A stretch of 63,956 nucleotides of DNA, the filler included. It is 5 parts of 5 records of this genome, joined end to end, with 100 filler letters (N's around TTAATTAATTAA, not from the genome) between each part and the next. Parts side by side here need not be neighbours in the genome. Positions count along the whole stretch, not along the records: positions 26,622 to 51,917 come from SRR31156797_23338; positions 52,018 to 58,632 come from SRR31156797_23351; 3 more parts are not named here. One strand, written 5' to 3'. How positions within the stretch are numbered: the stretch's first letter is position 1; each line of letters starts with the position of its first letter. Below are positions 48,089 through 58,359 of the stretch, piece after piece. The notes beneath the pieces are model-generated. The model made no database searches. It was not told the origin of the DNA and saw only the letters and a program-made list of their open reading frames with translations. The translations under genes and the position numbers were made by a program.

Positions 48089-48595
48089 ATGAAAAAGTTA
48101 GCAATTGTTTTTATCGGTCTCTTTCTTATCACATTTTCAGTAGGAGTTAATGCTCAAAATCCAACGGCATCAGATAATGCTGTTGCAAATGCAACAATAA
48201 TATCTCCTATTGCTATTTCGAATGTCCAAAGCCTTGAATTTGGTAATATCATTGCAGACGCTGATGGTGGAACAGTCGCTATTGCAACAGATGGCACACC
48301 AACACTTACCGGTGTAAACGCTCCTTCAGTGAATGGTACCCGACAACAAGCAACATTTACAGTAACAGGATTAAGTGATGCAACATATGCTGTTACTCTG
48401 CCAACTTCAGTTTCTATTGATGATGGTGGATCAAATTCAATGACGGTTGATAATTTTGTGTCTGATCCAAATGCAACAGGTACATTAACAGGTGGGACTG
48501 AAACATTAAATGTAGGTGCTACCTTAAACGTCGCTGCTTCTCAAGCAGCAGGTACTTATTCTGGATCCTTTACAGTAACAGTTGCCTATAATTAA
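48089..48595 (+). CDS. DUF4402 / spore-coat-U-like pilin (probable major subunit)
   Basis: ATII.PI.I....L.FG, A.FTVTG, LNVGATL.V...Q.AGTYSGSFTVTVAYN. Confidence 0.8.
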   Translation: MKKLAIVFIGLFLITFSVGVNAQNPTASDNAVANATIISPIAISNVQSLEFGNIIADADGGTVAIATDGTPTLTGVNAPSVNGTRQQATFTVTGLSDATYAVTLPTSVSIDDGGSNSMTVDNFVSDPNATGTLTGGTETLNVGATLNVAASQAAGTYSGSFTVTVAYN

Positions 48596-48673
48596 CATCT
48601 AATTAAGCACATAAGGCAAATGAATGCATTCATTTGCCTTTTTTTATACTTTTGTTTTAGCATACAACAAATA

Positions 48674-49186
48674 ATGATTCGTAAGTCCACATTACTTTTA
48701 TTATTAATCTTAGGCTCAATATCTTATACTCTAGCCCAGGCAACCATTACAGCACAGGCATTTGCAGAAGTGATTGAAGCATTGAGTGCCAACGAAACCG
48801 ACCAACTCAATTTTGGCCGGTTTTCGACGGATGTGAATGGCGGCGACATCATTATTAACCCGGATGGTTCAAGGGTTGTTGAAGGGTCAGTCATCGGAGT
48901 GGCCGGGCCGCACAGCCCGGGTGTTTTCCAGGTAACCGGGGCGCCGGAAGCCAGTTTTACCTTACAATTGCCCGAAGGCCCAATCCCAATTTTGCACCAG
49001 GGTTCCAATAAAATCATGCTGGTTGACAATTGGGTTTCGGACCCGCCCGTGAACGAGGGCCCTGCGGTGTTAACCAACGGCAACCGCGACATCAGCATTG
49101 GGGCCACCCTGAATGTAGGCTCATATGATGAAAACCCGATTGGAATCTATTCAGGAACTTTCCAGCTGACCTTTGCTTATAACTAG
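48674..49186 (+). CDS. DUF4402 pilin subunit
   Basis: LNFGRF, FQVTG, IGATLNV..GIYSGTFQLTFAYN. Confidence 0.78.
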   Translation: MIRKSTLLLLLILGSISYTLAQATITAQAFAEVIEALSANETDQLNFGRFSTDVNGGDIIINPDGSRVVEGSVIGVAGPHSPGVFQVTGAPEASFTLQLPEGPIPILHQGSNKIMLVDNWVSDPPVNEGPAVLTNGNRDISIGATLNVGSYDENPIGIYSGTFQLTFAYN

Positions 49187-49292
49187 GAAAATAGATTTAG
49201 AGAAAAATATATGGAGCGCTGTGAAAACCACAGCGTTTTTTATTGGAATAAAAATTGTTTGTACTTTTGGTCAAACATTAACACAAATCTAA

Positions 49293-50174
49293 ATGCACCA
49301 CATGTACACAAAATCAAACTCCAGGACTTGCAGGAAATCAAAACAATGCAGTGCTGCATTCCTGTTTGCCTTAGTTGTTCTCCTGATCTTTCCGGATTTT
49401 GCGTTTGCACAAGGCAACCTGCTGATTACACCACGGCGTGTTATTTTTGAAGGGAATAAATCTTCACAGGAAGTAAACCTGGCCAATACAGGTCAGGATT
49501 CGGCCACCTATTCGGTGTCGTTTGTACAATACCGAATGACAGACAATGGAACCTTTGAGCAAATTGAGGAGCCGGACGAGAACCAGCGTTTCGCAGATAA
49601 GATGATCCGCTATTTTCCACGAACAGTAACATTAGCCCCAGGGGAGGCTCAGATGGTAAGGATGCAGTTGCGACGGTCTGCCGATACAGAAGCCGGTGAA
49701 TACCGTTCGCATATGTATTTCAGAGCTGTTCCGGAAGAAAGTGCTCTCGGACTTGAAGAACAACTGGAAGACACGACTGCCATTGGCATTCGACTTACCC
49801 CTATTTTTGGTATAACCATTCCTGTTATTGTAAGATCCGGGGATTTGTCAGCTGAAGTATCACTCAATAATCTCAGCGTGGAACACAGCACAGATTCAAC
49901 ATCCAAACTCATGGTCACCTTTAATAGGGAAGGAAACAAATCCGTTTATGGTGACCTTACGGTAGATTATAAACCCGACAGGGGTGCTGCAATTCAGGTT
50001 GGCCTGGTAAGGGGAATATCCGTTTATACACCCAATGCTTCACGTAGATTTGAAATGGATATTAAAAAGCCCGGAGGAGTGGATTTCACCAAGGGGAAAC
50101 TTGTTGTAAGATACACAAATGCTGAGGGAGATAACGAAAACCTGCTGGCCGAAAAAGAGCTCTTATTGGAATAA
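49293..50174 (+). CDS. PapD-like fimbrial chaperone
   Basis: LLITPRRVIF, L.NTG, PRTVTLAPGEAQMVR, GEYRSH.YFRAVP, IPVIVR, REGNKSVYG. Confidence 0.8.
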   Translation: MHHMYTKSNSRTCRKSKQCSAAFLFALVVLLIFPDFAFAQGNLLITPRRVIFEGNKSSQEVNLANTGQDSATYSVSFVQYRMTDNGTFEQIEEPDENQRFADKMIRYFPRTVTLAPGEAQMVRMQLRRSADTEAGEYRSHMYFRAVPEESALGLEEQLEDTTAIGIRLTPIFGITIPVIVRSGDLSAEVSLNNLSVEHSTDSTSKLMVTFNREGNKSVYGDLTVDYKPDRGAAIQVGLVRGISVYTPNASRRFEMDIKKPGGVDFTKGKLVVRYTNAEGDNENLLAEKELLLE

Positions 50175-50202
50175 AGTGACGATATTTAAACAAAAAATAA
50201 AA

Positions 50203-50712
50203 ATGAATCTTATAAACAGCAATTTGGCTATAAGCCTGATTGCTGTTTTTTTCCTTATCCTCGGCAAATATGCTTTTGGGCAACACACGCCATTCCCTCC
50301 CCCAAACCAGCTACAGGTATATGGAATGCAGGAGTTAAGTTTTGGGTCATTTTCAACAGGGGCCAGTGGAGGTACGGTAGTAATCAGTGCAGAAGGTTTT
50401 AGATCATCCACGGGTTCAGTAATTTTAATGGGAGGTATGTTTAACCAGGCTATATTTGAGGTTAAATTAATTCCCGGCAGATTGGTAAATATTATATTAG
50501 GACCACAGATCCAACTTACACGTATTGGCGGGGGCGGCAGTATGAATATGCAGATTGGCCCTACAGACCGGGGAACAAGTTTTGTTACCACAGGAGGCCA
50601 CCCATTTATAAATCGTGTGAATGTTGGAGGAACATTATTTGTTGGAAGTTCAGCAGCTAACCCTGCCGGAAATTACGAAGGTCAGTTCAGTGTAACGTTT
50701 ATTCAGGAATAA
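50203..50712 (+). CDS. DUF4402 pilin subunit
   Basis: QELSFGSF, GGTVVIS..G.RS.TG, VGGTLFV..NPAGNYEGQFSVTF. Confidence 0.75.
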   Translation: MNLINSNLAISLIAVFFLILGKYAFGQHTPFPPPNQLQVYGMQELSFGSFSTGASGGTVVISAEGFRSSTGSVILMGGMFNQAIFEVKLIPGRLVNIILGPQIQLTRIGGGGSMNMQIGPTDRGTSFVTTGGHPFINRVNVGGTLFVGSSAANPAGNYEGQFSVTFIQE

Positions 50713-50835
50713 CAATTCCATTTGAATTTAAGAGACCTCTGCATCAGAGTGGGTTTATCAGGTCGGTTGAGTAGTCAAAACAAAAATCAGAAATATACCA
50801 ACATAAAAAAATTATAGTACTATTCCCATGCAACA

Positions 50836-51917
50836 ATGTCCAGATCAAACCTCATCATACCGTTTCTGTTTCTTGTTTGCTGGGCCGGCCAATTAAAAGC
50901 TCAGGAACTGGGTGATGATTACGAGGAAATTTTGGTTTTCCTGAAAGTACAGGGTGTTGGTGGGTATGAAATTAACAGTGTGTTTTCGTATACCGACAAC
51001 CGCTTGCTACTTCCGGTAACCGAATTATTCACCACGTTGCGTATTAACCAGGAAACTTCAGAGCGCTACGACTCTGTAAGCGGGTACCTGCTGAATGAAA
51101 CTAATCGGTATCTGATCAATTATCCCGAAAGGTATATTGCCATAAATGGTGACACCCTGCAACTTAAAGAAAATGATATCCTGAAAACCAACTTTGGGCT
51201 TTTTCTGCATACAGGAGTTTATGGTCGTGCCTTTGGACTATACTGCACTTTCAACTTCAGGGCATTGAGTGTAGATTTGAAAACCGACCTGGAGCTCCCT
51301 GCGATACGCGATATGCGACTGGCACAGATACGCAAAAATATCGAGATGATTAAAGGAGAGGTAAAGGTGGATACAACATATGACCGAAAATACCACTGGT
51401 TTAAATTTGGTATGGCTGACTGGGCTGTTAACCTAACGCAGACTGATGGTGATTTCACCAACAACCGACTATCTACTGCTATCGGTGCTGAAATTCTGGG
51501 TGGTGAAACCAATGCCGTTCTGAATTATTCATCCAACCAGGATTTCCAGTTGAACAACCAGCATTTTACCTGGCGCTGGGCCAACAATAAATCCAAATTT
51601 GTCCGGCAGGTTATTGCTGGAAAACTCAGTCCGGGATCGATATCTTCGGTTTATGATCCTTTTTACGGTATTATTGTTACCAACAGCCCCACATCATACC
51701 GGAGATCATTTGGAGAATATGAATTGACCGGATATACCGAACCCGGATGGACGGTGGAATTGTATATCAACAACGTTCTGATCAACTATAAAAAAGCAGA
51801 TGCATCCGGGTTTTACAGTTTTGATGTACCGTTGGTTTATGGTTCTTCTGAAGTTGTAGTAAAGCTCTATGGCCCTTATGGCGAAGAACGGATCCGTGAA
51901 CAGCCCATATCAATCCC
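50836..51917 (+). CDS. Outer-membrane usher-like protein, partial at contig end
   Basis: Signal peptide, LPV.ELF, GWTVELYINN.L, DASGFYSFDVPLVYG, YGPYGEER; follows the chaperone and pilins. Confidence 0.65.
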
Positions 51918-52017
51918 NNNNNNNNNNNNNNNNNNNNNNNNNNNNNNNNNNNNNNNNNNNNTTAATTAATTAANNNNNNNNNNNNNNNNNNNNNNNNNNN
52001 NNNNNNNNNNNNNNNNN
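51918..52017. other. Artificial contig linker
   Basis: N44-TTAATTAATTAA-N44. Confidence 0.98.
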
Positions 52018-52395
52018 CCATGATTCCGGTATGACGAACAGATTGATGACATAGGTCAGCACCATAACGATCAGGGCCAATAACAGGGCCGGTCGGGCAA
52101 GCGCCGATTGGCTCATGCCGGTGCCGCGCATGACCACCAGTTCGCGATCGGTGATCATCTTGCTGTAGACGAAAACAATGATGGCAAATAGGGCGACCGG
52201 CAGGACCAGCGGGAACGAATTCGGCAGGACCAGGACCGTCATGTAGATGAAGGTTCCGGCCGACAATCCGCGGTTCACGATCATCTCGACAAACCGCAAC
52301 GACTGGACAAGCCAGATGATGCAGGCCAATCCCGCCGTGACCATGAGCATACCGATCACAAGCTGCTCAAAAATATAGCGCGAGAGTCTTTTCAT
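52018..52395 (-). CDS. lptF: LPS export permease LptF, partial
   Basis: MKRLSRYIFEQL, WLVQSLRFVE, LVLP, DRELVVMRGTGMS. Confidence 0.85.
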
Positions 52396-52799
52396 GCCGC
52401 CTTTGCCGCCCATGCGGAATCCGCGCCAAGGTGTGGGAAAAACAACCGGGAATCAAGGGTTAACCAAAAAGATTACCCAACCGTAAAAATGCCTTCGCGG
52501 CCCGCCGCCGATTTCGGTTGTCTCAAAGCTGTTACAAAACGAAACAAATTAATTCGTGAATGACATATTGGCGAAACCGGTGGCCGTTACATTCAGAGCC
52601 GTGGTTCGTTGCACGGGTGCCGGTCACCGGGTCTCAAAAGACCAAGACCGGCCAGTAGAACGCGGTGGCTGTCCGCCCCTTCCAGTCTCCCCCCTCCCCC
52701 TCCTGGTCGGACAGTCATCGCAGTTCTCCAACGATGAAGCCTCCCTGTTGAACTCGCCGGACCAGAAAACTGGTCCGGCTTTTTCGTTGGGAATTTGCG

Positions 52800-54209
52800 T
52801 TAACGCGCGATGACTTTCCCGGGATTCATGATGTCGTCGGGATCCAGCGCCGCCTTGATGCGGCGCATCAGGTCGATTTCGATTTCCGACCTGAATTCCG
52901 CAAGCTGGGCCATCTTCAGGCGGCCGATGCCGTGTTCGGCGCTGATGCTGCCGCCGACGTCGGCCAGCAGATCGTTGACAAGGCGGTTGATGCGTTGCCA
53001 TTGCGCCAAAAAGGCGTCGCGATCCGAATCAACCGGCTGGCTCAGATTGAAGTGGATGTTGCCGTCACCGACATGGCCGAAGGCACACAAACGGACGCCC
53101 GGAATTTCTTTCGCCACCAGGGTCGAAGCGCGCTCCATGAAGTTGCCGATCTTCGAGACCGGAACTGAAATATCGTTCTTGATGCTGCCGCCCTCGAACT
53201 TTTGGGCTTCCGGGATGGATTCCCGGATGCGCCACAGGTCATCCCGTTGCGCCACGCTGGCGGCGACGACGGCGTCCTCGATGATGCCGGCGTCCAGGGC
53301 CGCGCCGAGGACGGTTTCCAGTGCCTGACGCAGCGGGTCGTCCGGCCGGGGACTGGTCAGTTCGATCAGGCAATAGTGAGCATGGGTTTTGGCGAACGGA
53401 TCGCCGAGCCCCGGGATATGCCGCAAGGCGAATTCCATTGCGATCCGGGGCATCATCTCGAACCCGGTTAGGGTGTCTCCCGAGAAGTCGCGAACCCGCC
53501 GAAACAGTTCCAGAACGGAATCGAAATCGGCCATTGCCGCCATTGCCGTTTCCCGAACCTTCGGCATCGGAAACAGTTTCAGCACGGCTGCCGTGATGAT
53601 GCCGAGTGTTCCCTCGGCGCCGATGAACAGATGCTTGAGGTCGTATCCGGTATTGTCCTTGCGAAGCCCGCGCAGGCCGTCCCAGATCTGCCCGTCCGGC
53701 AGCACCACTTCCAATCCCATGACCAGGTCGCGGGCATTGCCGTAGCGAAGAACGGCGATGCCGCCCGCGTTGCTGGAAAGGTTGCCGCCGATCTGGCAAC
53801 TGCCCTCGGAAGCCATGCTCAGCGGAAACTGGCAATCGGCTTCAGCCGCGGCATCGTGCAGGTTGGACAGGATGCAGCCGGCTTCGGCGGTTAGCGTATT
53901 GTTGAGCGGATCGATCTCGCGGATCCGATTCATTCTGCCGGTGCAAAGAACGATACCGCCTTCCGGAACGCCGCCGCCGACGTGGCCGGTGTTTCCGCCC
54001 TGTGGCGTAATCGGCGTTTTCGATTCGGCGCAAATACGCACGACCTCGGCCGTTTCGGCCGTCGAGGCCGGCCTGACCACCGCCGCGCAACGGCCCCGGA
54101 ACAGGCCGCGGCTTTCCTTCAAATAGGGTTCCAGACCGGCTTCGTCTTCGATCCAGCCTTTCGGCCCGACGAGATCGCGGATGGCGGCAAGGGCGGTTTC
54201 GGAGGTCAT
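52800..54209 (-). CDS. FAD-binding oxidoreductase (D-2-hydroxyacid dehydrogenase-like)
   Basis: PQGGNTG, IGGNLSSNAGG, LRKDNTGYDL, GAEGTLG, FGHVGDGNIH, SAEHGIG. Confidence 0.9.
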   Translation of the reverse strand: MTSETALAAIRDLVGPKGWIEDEAGLEPYLKESRGLFRGRCAAVVRPASTAETAEVVRICAESKTPITPQGGNTGHVGGGVPEGGIVLCTGRMNRIREIDPLNNTLTAEAGCILSNLHDAAAEADCQFPLSMASEGSCQIGGNLSSNAGGIAVLRYGNARDLVMGLEVVLPDGQIWDGLRGLRKDNTGYDLKHLFIGAEGTLGIITAAVLKLFPMPKVRETAMAAMADFDSVLELFRRVRDFSGDTLTGFEMMPRIAMEFALRHIPGLGDPFAKTHAHYCLIELTSPRPDDPLRQALETVLGAALDAGIIEDAVVAASVAQRDDLWRIRESIPEAQKFEGGSIKNDISVPVSKIGNFMERASTLVAKEIPGVRLCAFGHVGDGNIHFNLSQPVDSDRDAFLAQWQRINRLVNDLLADVGGSISAEHGIGRLKMAQLAEFRSEIEIDLMRRIKAALDPDDIMNPGKVIAR

Positions 54210-55186
54210 GGATGGTCACCGTTTTCGCATTTGGCTTCGGGCGGGGTTGCCGCCCGCCGCAAACGGTCGTTGATGGCCCGGCCCAAGCCGGTTTCGGGGA
54301 TCGGCGACACCGCGATCCCGGCGTAATCGCCGCAATCCAGTTGCCGCAGCATGGCGAAAAAATTGGCCGCCGCTTCCGTGAGATCGCCCGACAGGCTCAG
54401 GTTCAAGGTCGCGCCTGAGGCGGCAGGGCCGAAACCGAGAAACGCTTCGCCGGGGTGCGGGCGTTCGGCATCGAGACGGACCGGACAGCCGGGCGCATAA
54501 TGTCGGCGCATCATGCCGGGCGATTTCGGTGCGCCGTCTCCGGCTTCGGCCAGCGGCCCGATAACGGCCTCGATGTCCTCGGCTGGAATGCCGCCGGGCC
54601 GAAGCAGGGCAGGGACAGGGGTGCTGAGGTCGACAACCGTCGATTCGACGCCGACCGGGCAGGCACCGCCGTCCAGGATCAGGTCGATGCGCCCCATCAA
54701 TTCCGCCGCCACATGTTCCGCCGTCGTCGGACTGATTGCCGAAGACCGGTTGGCGCTGGGCGCGGCGATCGGAATGGATGCGGTTTCCAGCAGTTTCCGT
54801 GCGATCGGTTGGCTTGGAATCCGTGCCGCCAGGGTATTCAGCCCGGCGCTGCACAATAGGGAAATGCTGCAGGATCGGCGGCGCGGAAGAACCAGTGTCA
54901 GGGCTCCCGGCCAAAACCGTTCGGCCAGTTTTTCGGCGCGTTGGTCGAATTCGATTTCTTCGGCGGCTCGCGCGGCAGACGGGAAATGAACGATCAGCGG
55001 ATTGAAGTTGGGTCGTTCCTTGGCGGCGAATATGGCGCTGACACACGCATCGCTGCGGGCGTCGGCGCCGATGCCGTAAACGGTCTCGGTGGGAAAAGCG
55101 ACCAACCCGCCGGCACGCAACCGGCGCGCCGCTTCGGACAGGCCGTCGTCGTCCGGGAAAACAGTCTTCGTTTGGATATCCGCCAA
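54206..55186 (-). CDS. sua5: L-threonylcarbamoyladenylate synthase (Sua5 type)
   Basis: AFPTETVYG, K.RP.FNPLIVH, AAPSANRS, GVESTV, SPGM..RHYAP, AINDRL.RAA. Confidence 0.93.
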   Translation of the reverse strand: MADIQTKTVFPDDDGLSEAARRLRAGGLVAFPTETVYGIGADARSDACVSAIFAAKERPNFNPLIVHFPSAARAAEEIEFDQRAEKLAERFWPGALTLVLPRRRSCSISLLCSAGLNTLAARIPSQPIARKLLETASIPIAAPSANRSSAISPTTAEHVAAELMGRIDLILDGGACPVGVESTVVDLSTPVPALLRPGGIPAEDIEAVIGPLAEAGDGAPKSPGMMRRHYAPGCPVRLDAERPHPGEAFLGFGPAASGATLNLSLSGDLTEAAANFFAMLRQLDCGDYAGIAVSPIPETGLGRAINDRLRRAATPPEAKCENGDHP

Positions 55187-55260
55187 ATCGTTCGCTCGAA
55201 ATCGATCAAACCGGCTGGAGGCTTTCCCAGCCTAAAAAAATCGGCAACATGTTTCGCATA

Positions 55261-55439
55261 AAGAAGAGCCGTCGGCCATACCAACGGCTCTTTCTCTCGT
55301 ATCTTTTTTTCTGCGGTCAGCCTAGACCATCCGCGGTAATGATCTGGCTCGGCAGTCCCCGCATCGAGTGCGGCGGCTAAAGCGGTATCGGTTTCCCGAG
55401 ACCGCCCGTATTATGCCTCTTTTTGCGGTTCCTAGTCAA
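55261..55439 (-). ncRNA. Candidate structured small RNA or leader with its own promoter and terminator
   Basis: TTGACT-N18-CATAAT (55439-55410); a GAAA-capped hairpin, a multibranch element, an A-rich linker and the hairpin AAGAGCCGTTGG..CCGACGGCTCTT. Confidence 0.55.
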
Positions 55440-55490
55440 GGTGCGGACATTCCTATTTGGGCGCTGATTTTTCTGAATAATTGTTTATTA

Positions 55491-56279
55491 TCAATTCGTT
55501 AGAGAGAATTCAGCGCCGCTGACGATGAAGTCCGGATTCTCGAAATCGGGCTTTCCATACATCAATTCGGTGCCATCCGTTTTGCGCACGCTGCCGCCGG
55601 CGAAACGAACCACCGCATGACCCGCCGCAGTGTCCCATTCCATGGTTCGTCCGAAGCGCGGATAGAGGTCGGCCTGACCAGTGGCAATGCGGCAGAATTT
55701 CATCGAACTGCCGGCGCTGATCTCTTTCTTGACCGTGAAATCGGCGAGGTATTCGTCGACCTCCGGCGTTTTGTGCGACCGGCTGACCATAGCGACGATT
55801 CCGTCCGATGGCGCCGGACGGCAGAAGATCTGCCTGGGTGCGCTGCCGGCGACGGTGGCGAAAGAGCCGTTGCGGCTTCCCCAGAACGTATCGCCGGAAG
55901 CCGGAAGATGAACCACGCCCAGCATCGGAAGTCCGATCTCGATCAGGGCGATGTTGACGGTGAATTCCTTACCGCGTTTGACGAATTCCTTGGTTCCGTC
56001 CAGCGGATCGATCAGCCAGAAGGGCTGTCCGGTAACGACCGGGATCCGACCTTCGGACGCCGCTTCCTCGCCGACGATGGGGAAGACATCCGTGATCTCC
56101 TTCCGAATGGCGTCCGTGATCAGGGCTTCGGCCCGCCGGTCGGCCTCGGTCACCGGCGAATCATCGTTCTTGGACTCGACGGTGAAATCGCTGCGATAGA
56201 CATCCATGATTTCTTCGCCGGCCCGGATTGCCAGGTCGCACACCTGCTTGATCAGCCCCATTCCGATATTCAGGGTCAC
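55491..56279 (-). CDS. cysQ: 3'(2'),5'-bisphosphate nucleotidase CysQ
   Basis: SPVTEAD, FWLIDPLDGTKEF, SRSH, GSSMKFC, EWDTAAGHA. Confidence 0.93.
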   Translation of the reverse strand: MTLNIGMGLIKQVCDLAIRAGEEIMDVYRSDFTVESKNDDSPVTEADRRAEALITDAIRKEITDVFPIVGEEAASEGRIPVVTGQPFWLIDPLDGTKEFVKRGKEFTVNIALIEIGLPMLGVVHLPASGDTFWGSRNGSFATVAGSAPRQIFCRPAPSDGIVAMVSRSHKTPEVDEYLADFTVKKEISAGSSMKFCRIATGQADLYPRFGRTMEWDTAAGHAVVRFAGGSVRKTDGTELMYGKPDFENPDFIVSGAEFSLTN

Positions 56280-56386
56280 GGTTCGTCTCCACTATCGTAA
56301 TTGTCGGTAAAAGAATGGACGGCAAAATCCCATCGCCGGGTTTGCCTGTCAACATGTTGGATTGAGGATGGAAAAAACGAGCGTGC

Positions 56387-57889
56387 TTAGCTCGGCGCGG
56401 CGCCCGACCAGACCGACGTCGGATCGGCCAGTTCGTCGATGGATGTCTCCTCGGCGACGAAGCGCCAGGCCTTGAATCCCTGCGTCCAGTGTTTGACTGA
56501 AAGTCCTGCCTTCACCTTCAGATGGCCGACGAAGGTTTCGACGTCCGGCAACGTCTCCCAGACCGACGGCAGGAAAAGTGCCTTGCGTCCGGCATCCTCG
56601 ATGATCAGGCCGTCGATACGCGGTCGCAACTGGGCGAGCAGATCGGCCTCACCTGCGAACGTCATCGGCGACGGCGCGCTCAATACCGATACCGACAACG
56701 TCAGTCCCGGGATTTCTTCCGATTTCAACGGCGGAAAGCGGGGATCGCGAAACGCCGCGGCATAACCGTGTTCGGCGACATCCTTTATCAACGGCTGGGC
56801 CGCCACCGACGTACCGATGCAGCCACGCAATTTTCCATCCCGCTTCAATGTCACGAAGGAGGCGCCGTTTTCCTGCAGGGCTTCGGCATAATCCGACAGG
56901 GCCACCGCCAGCGGCCGCGAATTCATCAACCCGTTTTCGATCGATGCGGCGGCGACATGCAGAAGCGTTTCCTTATGATCGGCGAGGATCTGCCGCGTCC
57001 GCTCGGCGAAAACATCGTGGTCGTCGCGCACCGGTGCGGTCTCTCCATCGGTTTCGGCCTCACCGTCGCGGACGGTCTCGTCCATGGTTGTTTTGGCCGG
57101 CTCGACGAAGACCCAACTGCCGTACCCCACCACCTTGTCGCGGGAGCCTGCGGTATCGCCGGAATTGCGTAAATCGACGGTGGAAACCTTGAGCCCCCGC
57201 AATTGCGCCTGGCGAAGCAGGCCGCCGACCGGTATGCGTCCGCAGGCGTCATGGCGGCCGATCGAGGCTGGATCGAGGCTTTCGATGGCCCGGCAGGTTG
57301 ACTGATCCATGCGCCGGGCGGCCTCGTAATTCTCGTAGTGGCTGAGATCGGAACTGATGACGATAAGGGTTTCCGGCCCTCCCCAAACCGCTTCCAGAAC
57401 CTGCGCCACCTCGTCGGGCGAGGCGTCGCCGACGACCAGCGGCAGTAGTTCAAAATCCTCCAGGATCACCTGCAGAAAGGGAATGTGAACCTCCAGGCTG
57501 TGCTCCATCTCGTGGGTGGCGTCGAATATCTGGACCTGCGGAAGTTCAAGCAGCCGCTGACCGCGGTCGCGGTCGATGGGCACGTTGCCAAGGGGCGTTG
57601 CGAAGGCTTCGGCGCTGCTTAGTGCCAGTCCGCGCACCGGTACCCGATGGCACGGGCCGAGCAGGACGACTCTTTTGATCCGTTTCGCCGCCGGACGGAT
57701 GCGGGCGTAAGCCGACGCCGCCACCGATCCGGAATACATGTAGCCGGCATGTGGCGCGATGATCGCCTTCGGCACCGGACCGGGGCTAGACGTCGCTTCG
57801 GCCATGTGTCGTTCGACCGTCGCCGCCAGTTCGGCGGCCGATCCGGGATAGAACTGACCGGCCACGGCGGCGGCTCTTATCGCGCTCAT
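56387..57889 (-). CDS. amrB: AmmeMemoRadiSam protein B (Memo) fused to protein A (AMMECR1)
   Basis: AVAGQFYP, PHAGY.YSG, EHSLEV, SSDLSHY, CG, VVGYG; then FVTL..LRGCIG, AAFRDPRF, FLPSVWE. Confidence 0.88.
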   Translation of the reverse strand: MSAIRAAAVAGQFYPGSAAELAATVERHMAEATSSPGPVPKAIIAPHAGYMYSGSVAASAYARIRPAAKRIKRVVLLGPCHRVPVRGLALSSAEAFATPLGNVPIDRDRGQRLLELPQVQIFDATHEMEHSLEVHIPFLQVILEDFELLPLVVGDASPDEVAQVLEAVWGGPETLIVISSDLSHYENYEAARRMDQSTCRAIESLDPASIGRHDACGRIPVGGLLRQAQLRGLKVSTVDLRNSGDTAGSRDKVVGYGSWVFVEPAKTTMDETVRDGEAETDGETAPVRDDHDVFAERTRQILADHKETLLHVAAASIENGLMNSRPLAVALSDYAEALQENGASFVTLKRDGKLRGCIGTSVAAQPLIKDVAEHGYAAAFRDPRFPPLKSEEIPGLTLSVSVLSAPSPMTFAGEADLLAQLRPRIDGLIIEDAGRKALFLPSVWETLPDVETFVGHLKVKAGLSVKHWTQGFKAWRFVAEETSIDELADPTSVWSGAAPS

Positions 57890-58014
57890 GACGTCAATAT
57901 TCCTTGGTAGATAGAACGGTCTTTAACATGGTTAAATATAACATGTTCGGGTTTCCGGCGCCCGCGAAATGAAGTTGATGGGTACGCCGTGAGGGCCCAA
58001 TTGCCACCGTCGGA

Positions 58015-58359
58015 ATGATGTGGATGAAAAATCCGTCCGCCACCGAAACCTTCGCCGATGCCCATCCCGGCCGCTATTGGCGGGCCTTGCCCGATGGCCG
58101 CATCGAATGCCGGGTCTGTCCGCGCTATTGCAAGCTTCGCGACGGCCAACGCGGCCTTTGTTTCGTGCGGGCCTGTCGCGACGGCGAAATCGTTCTCACG
58201 ACATACGGACGGTCCAGCGGCTTCTGTATCGATCCGATCGAGAAGAAGCCGCTCAATCATTTTCTTCCCGGTACGCCGGTCCTTTCCTTTGGTACGGCAG
58301 GTTGCAACCTGACCTGCAAGTTCTGCCAGAAACATAGTTCACAAGTAAGTATGAATTAA
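58015..58359 (+). pseudogene. amrS: AmmeMemoRadiSam radical SAM enzyme, interrupted just after the CxxxCxxC motif
   Basis: CRVCPRYC..GLCFVR..DPIEKKPLNHFLPG..GTAGCNLTCKFCQ, then homology is lost near 58331 with an abrupt shift to AT-rich DNA. Confidence 0.8.

Noticed and set aside
52556-58337. Many overlapping ORFs in the GC-rich contig
   Set aside because: These are Arg/Pro-rich alternative frames expected at high GC, and the conserved genes explain the sequence.
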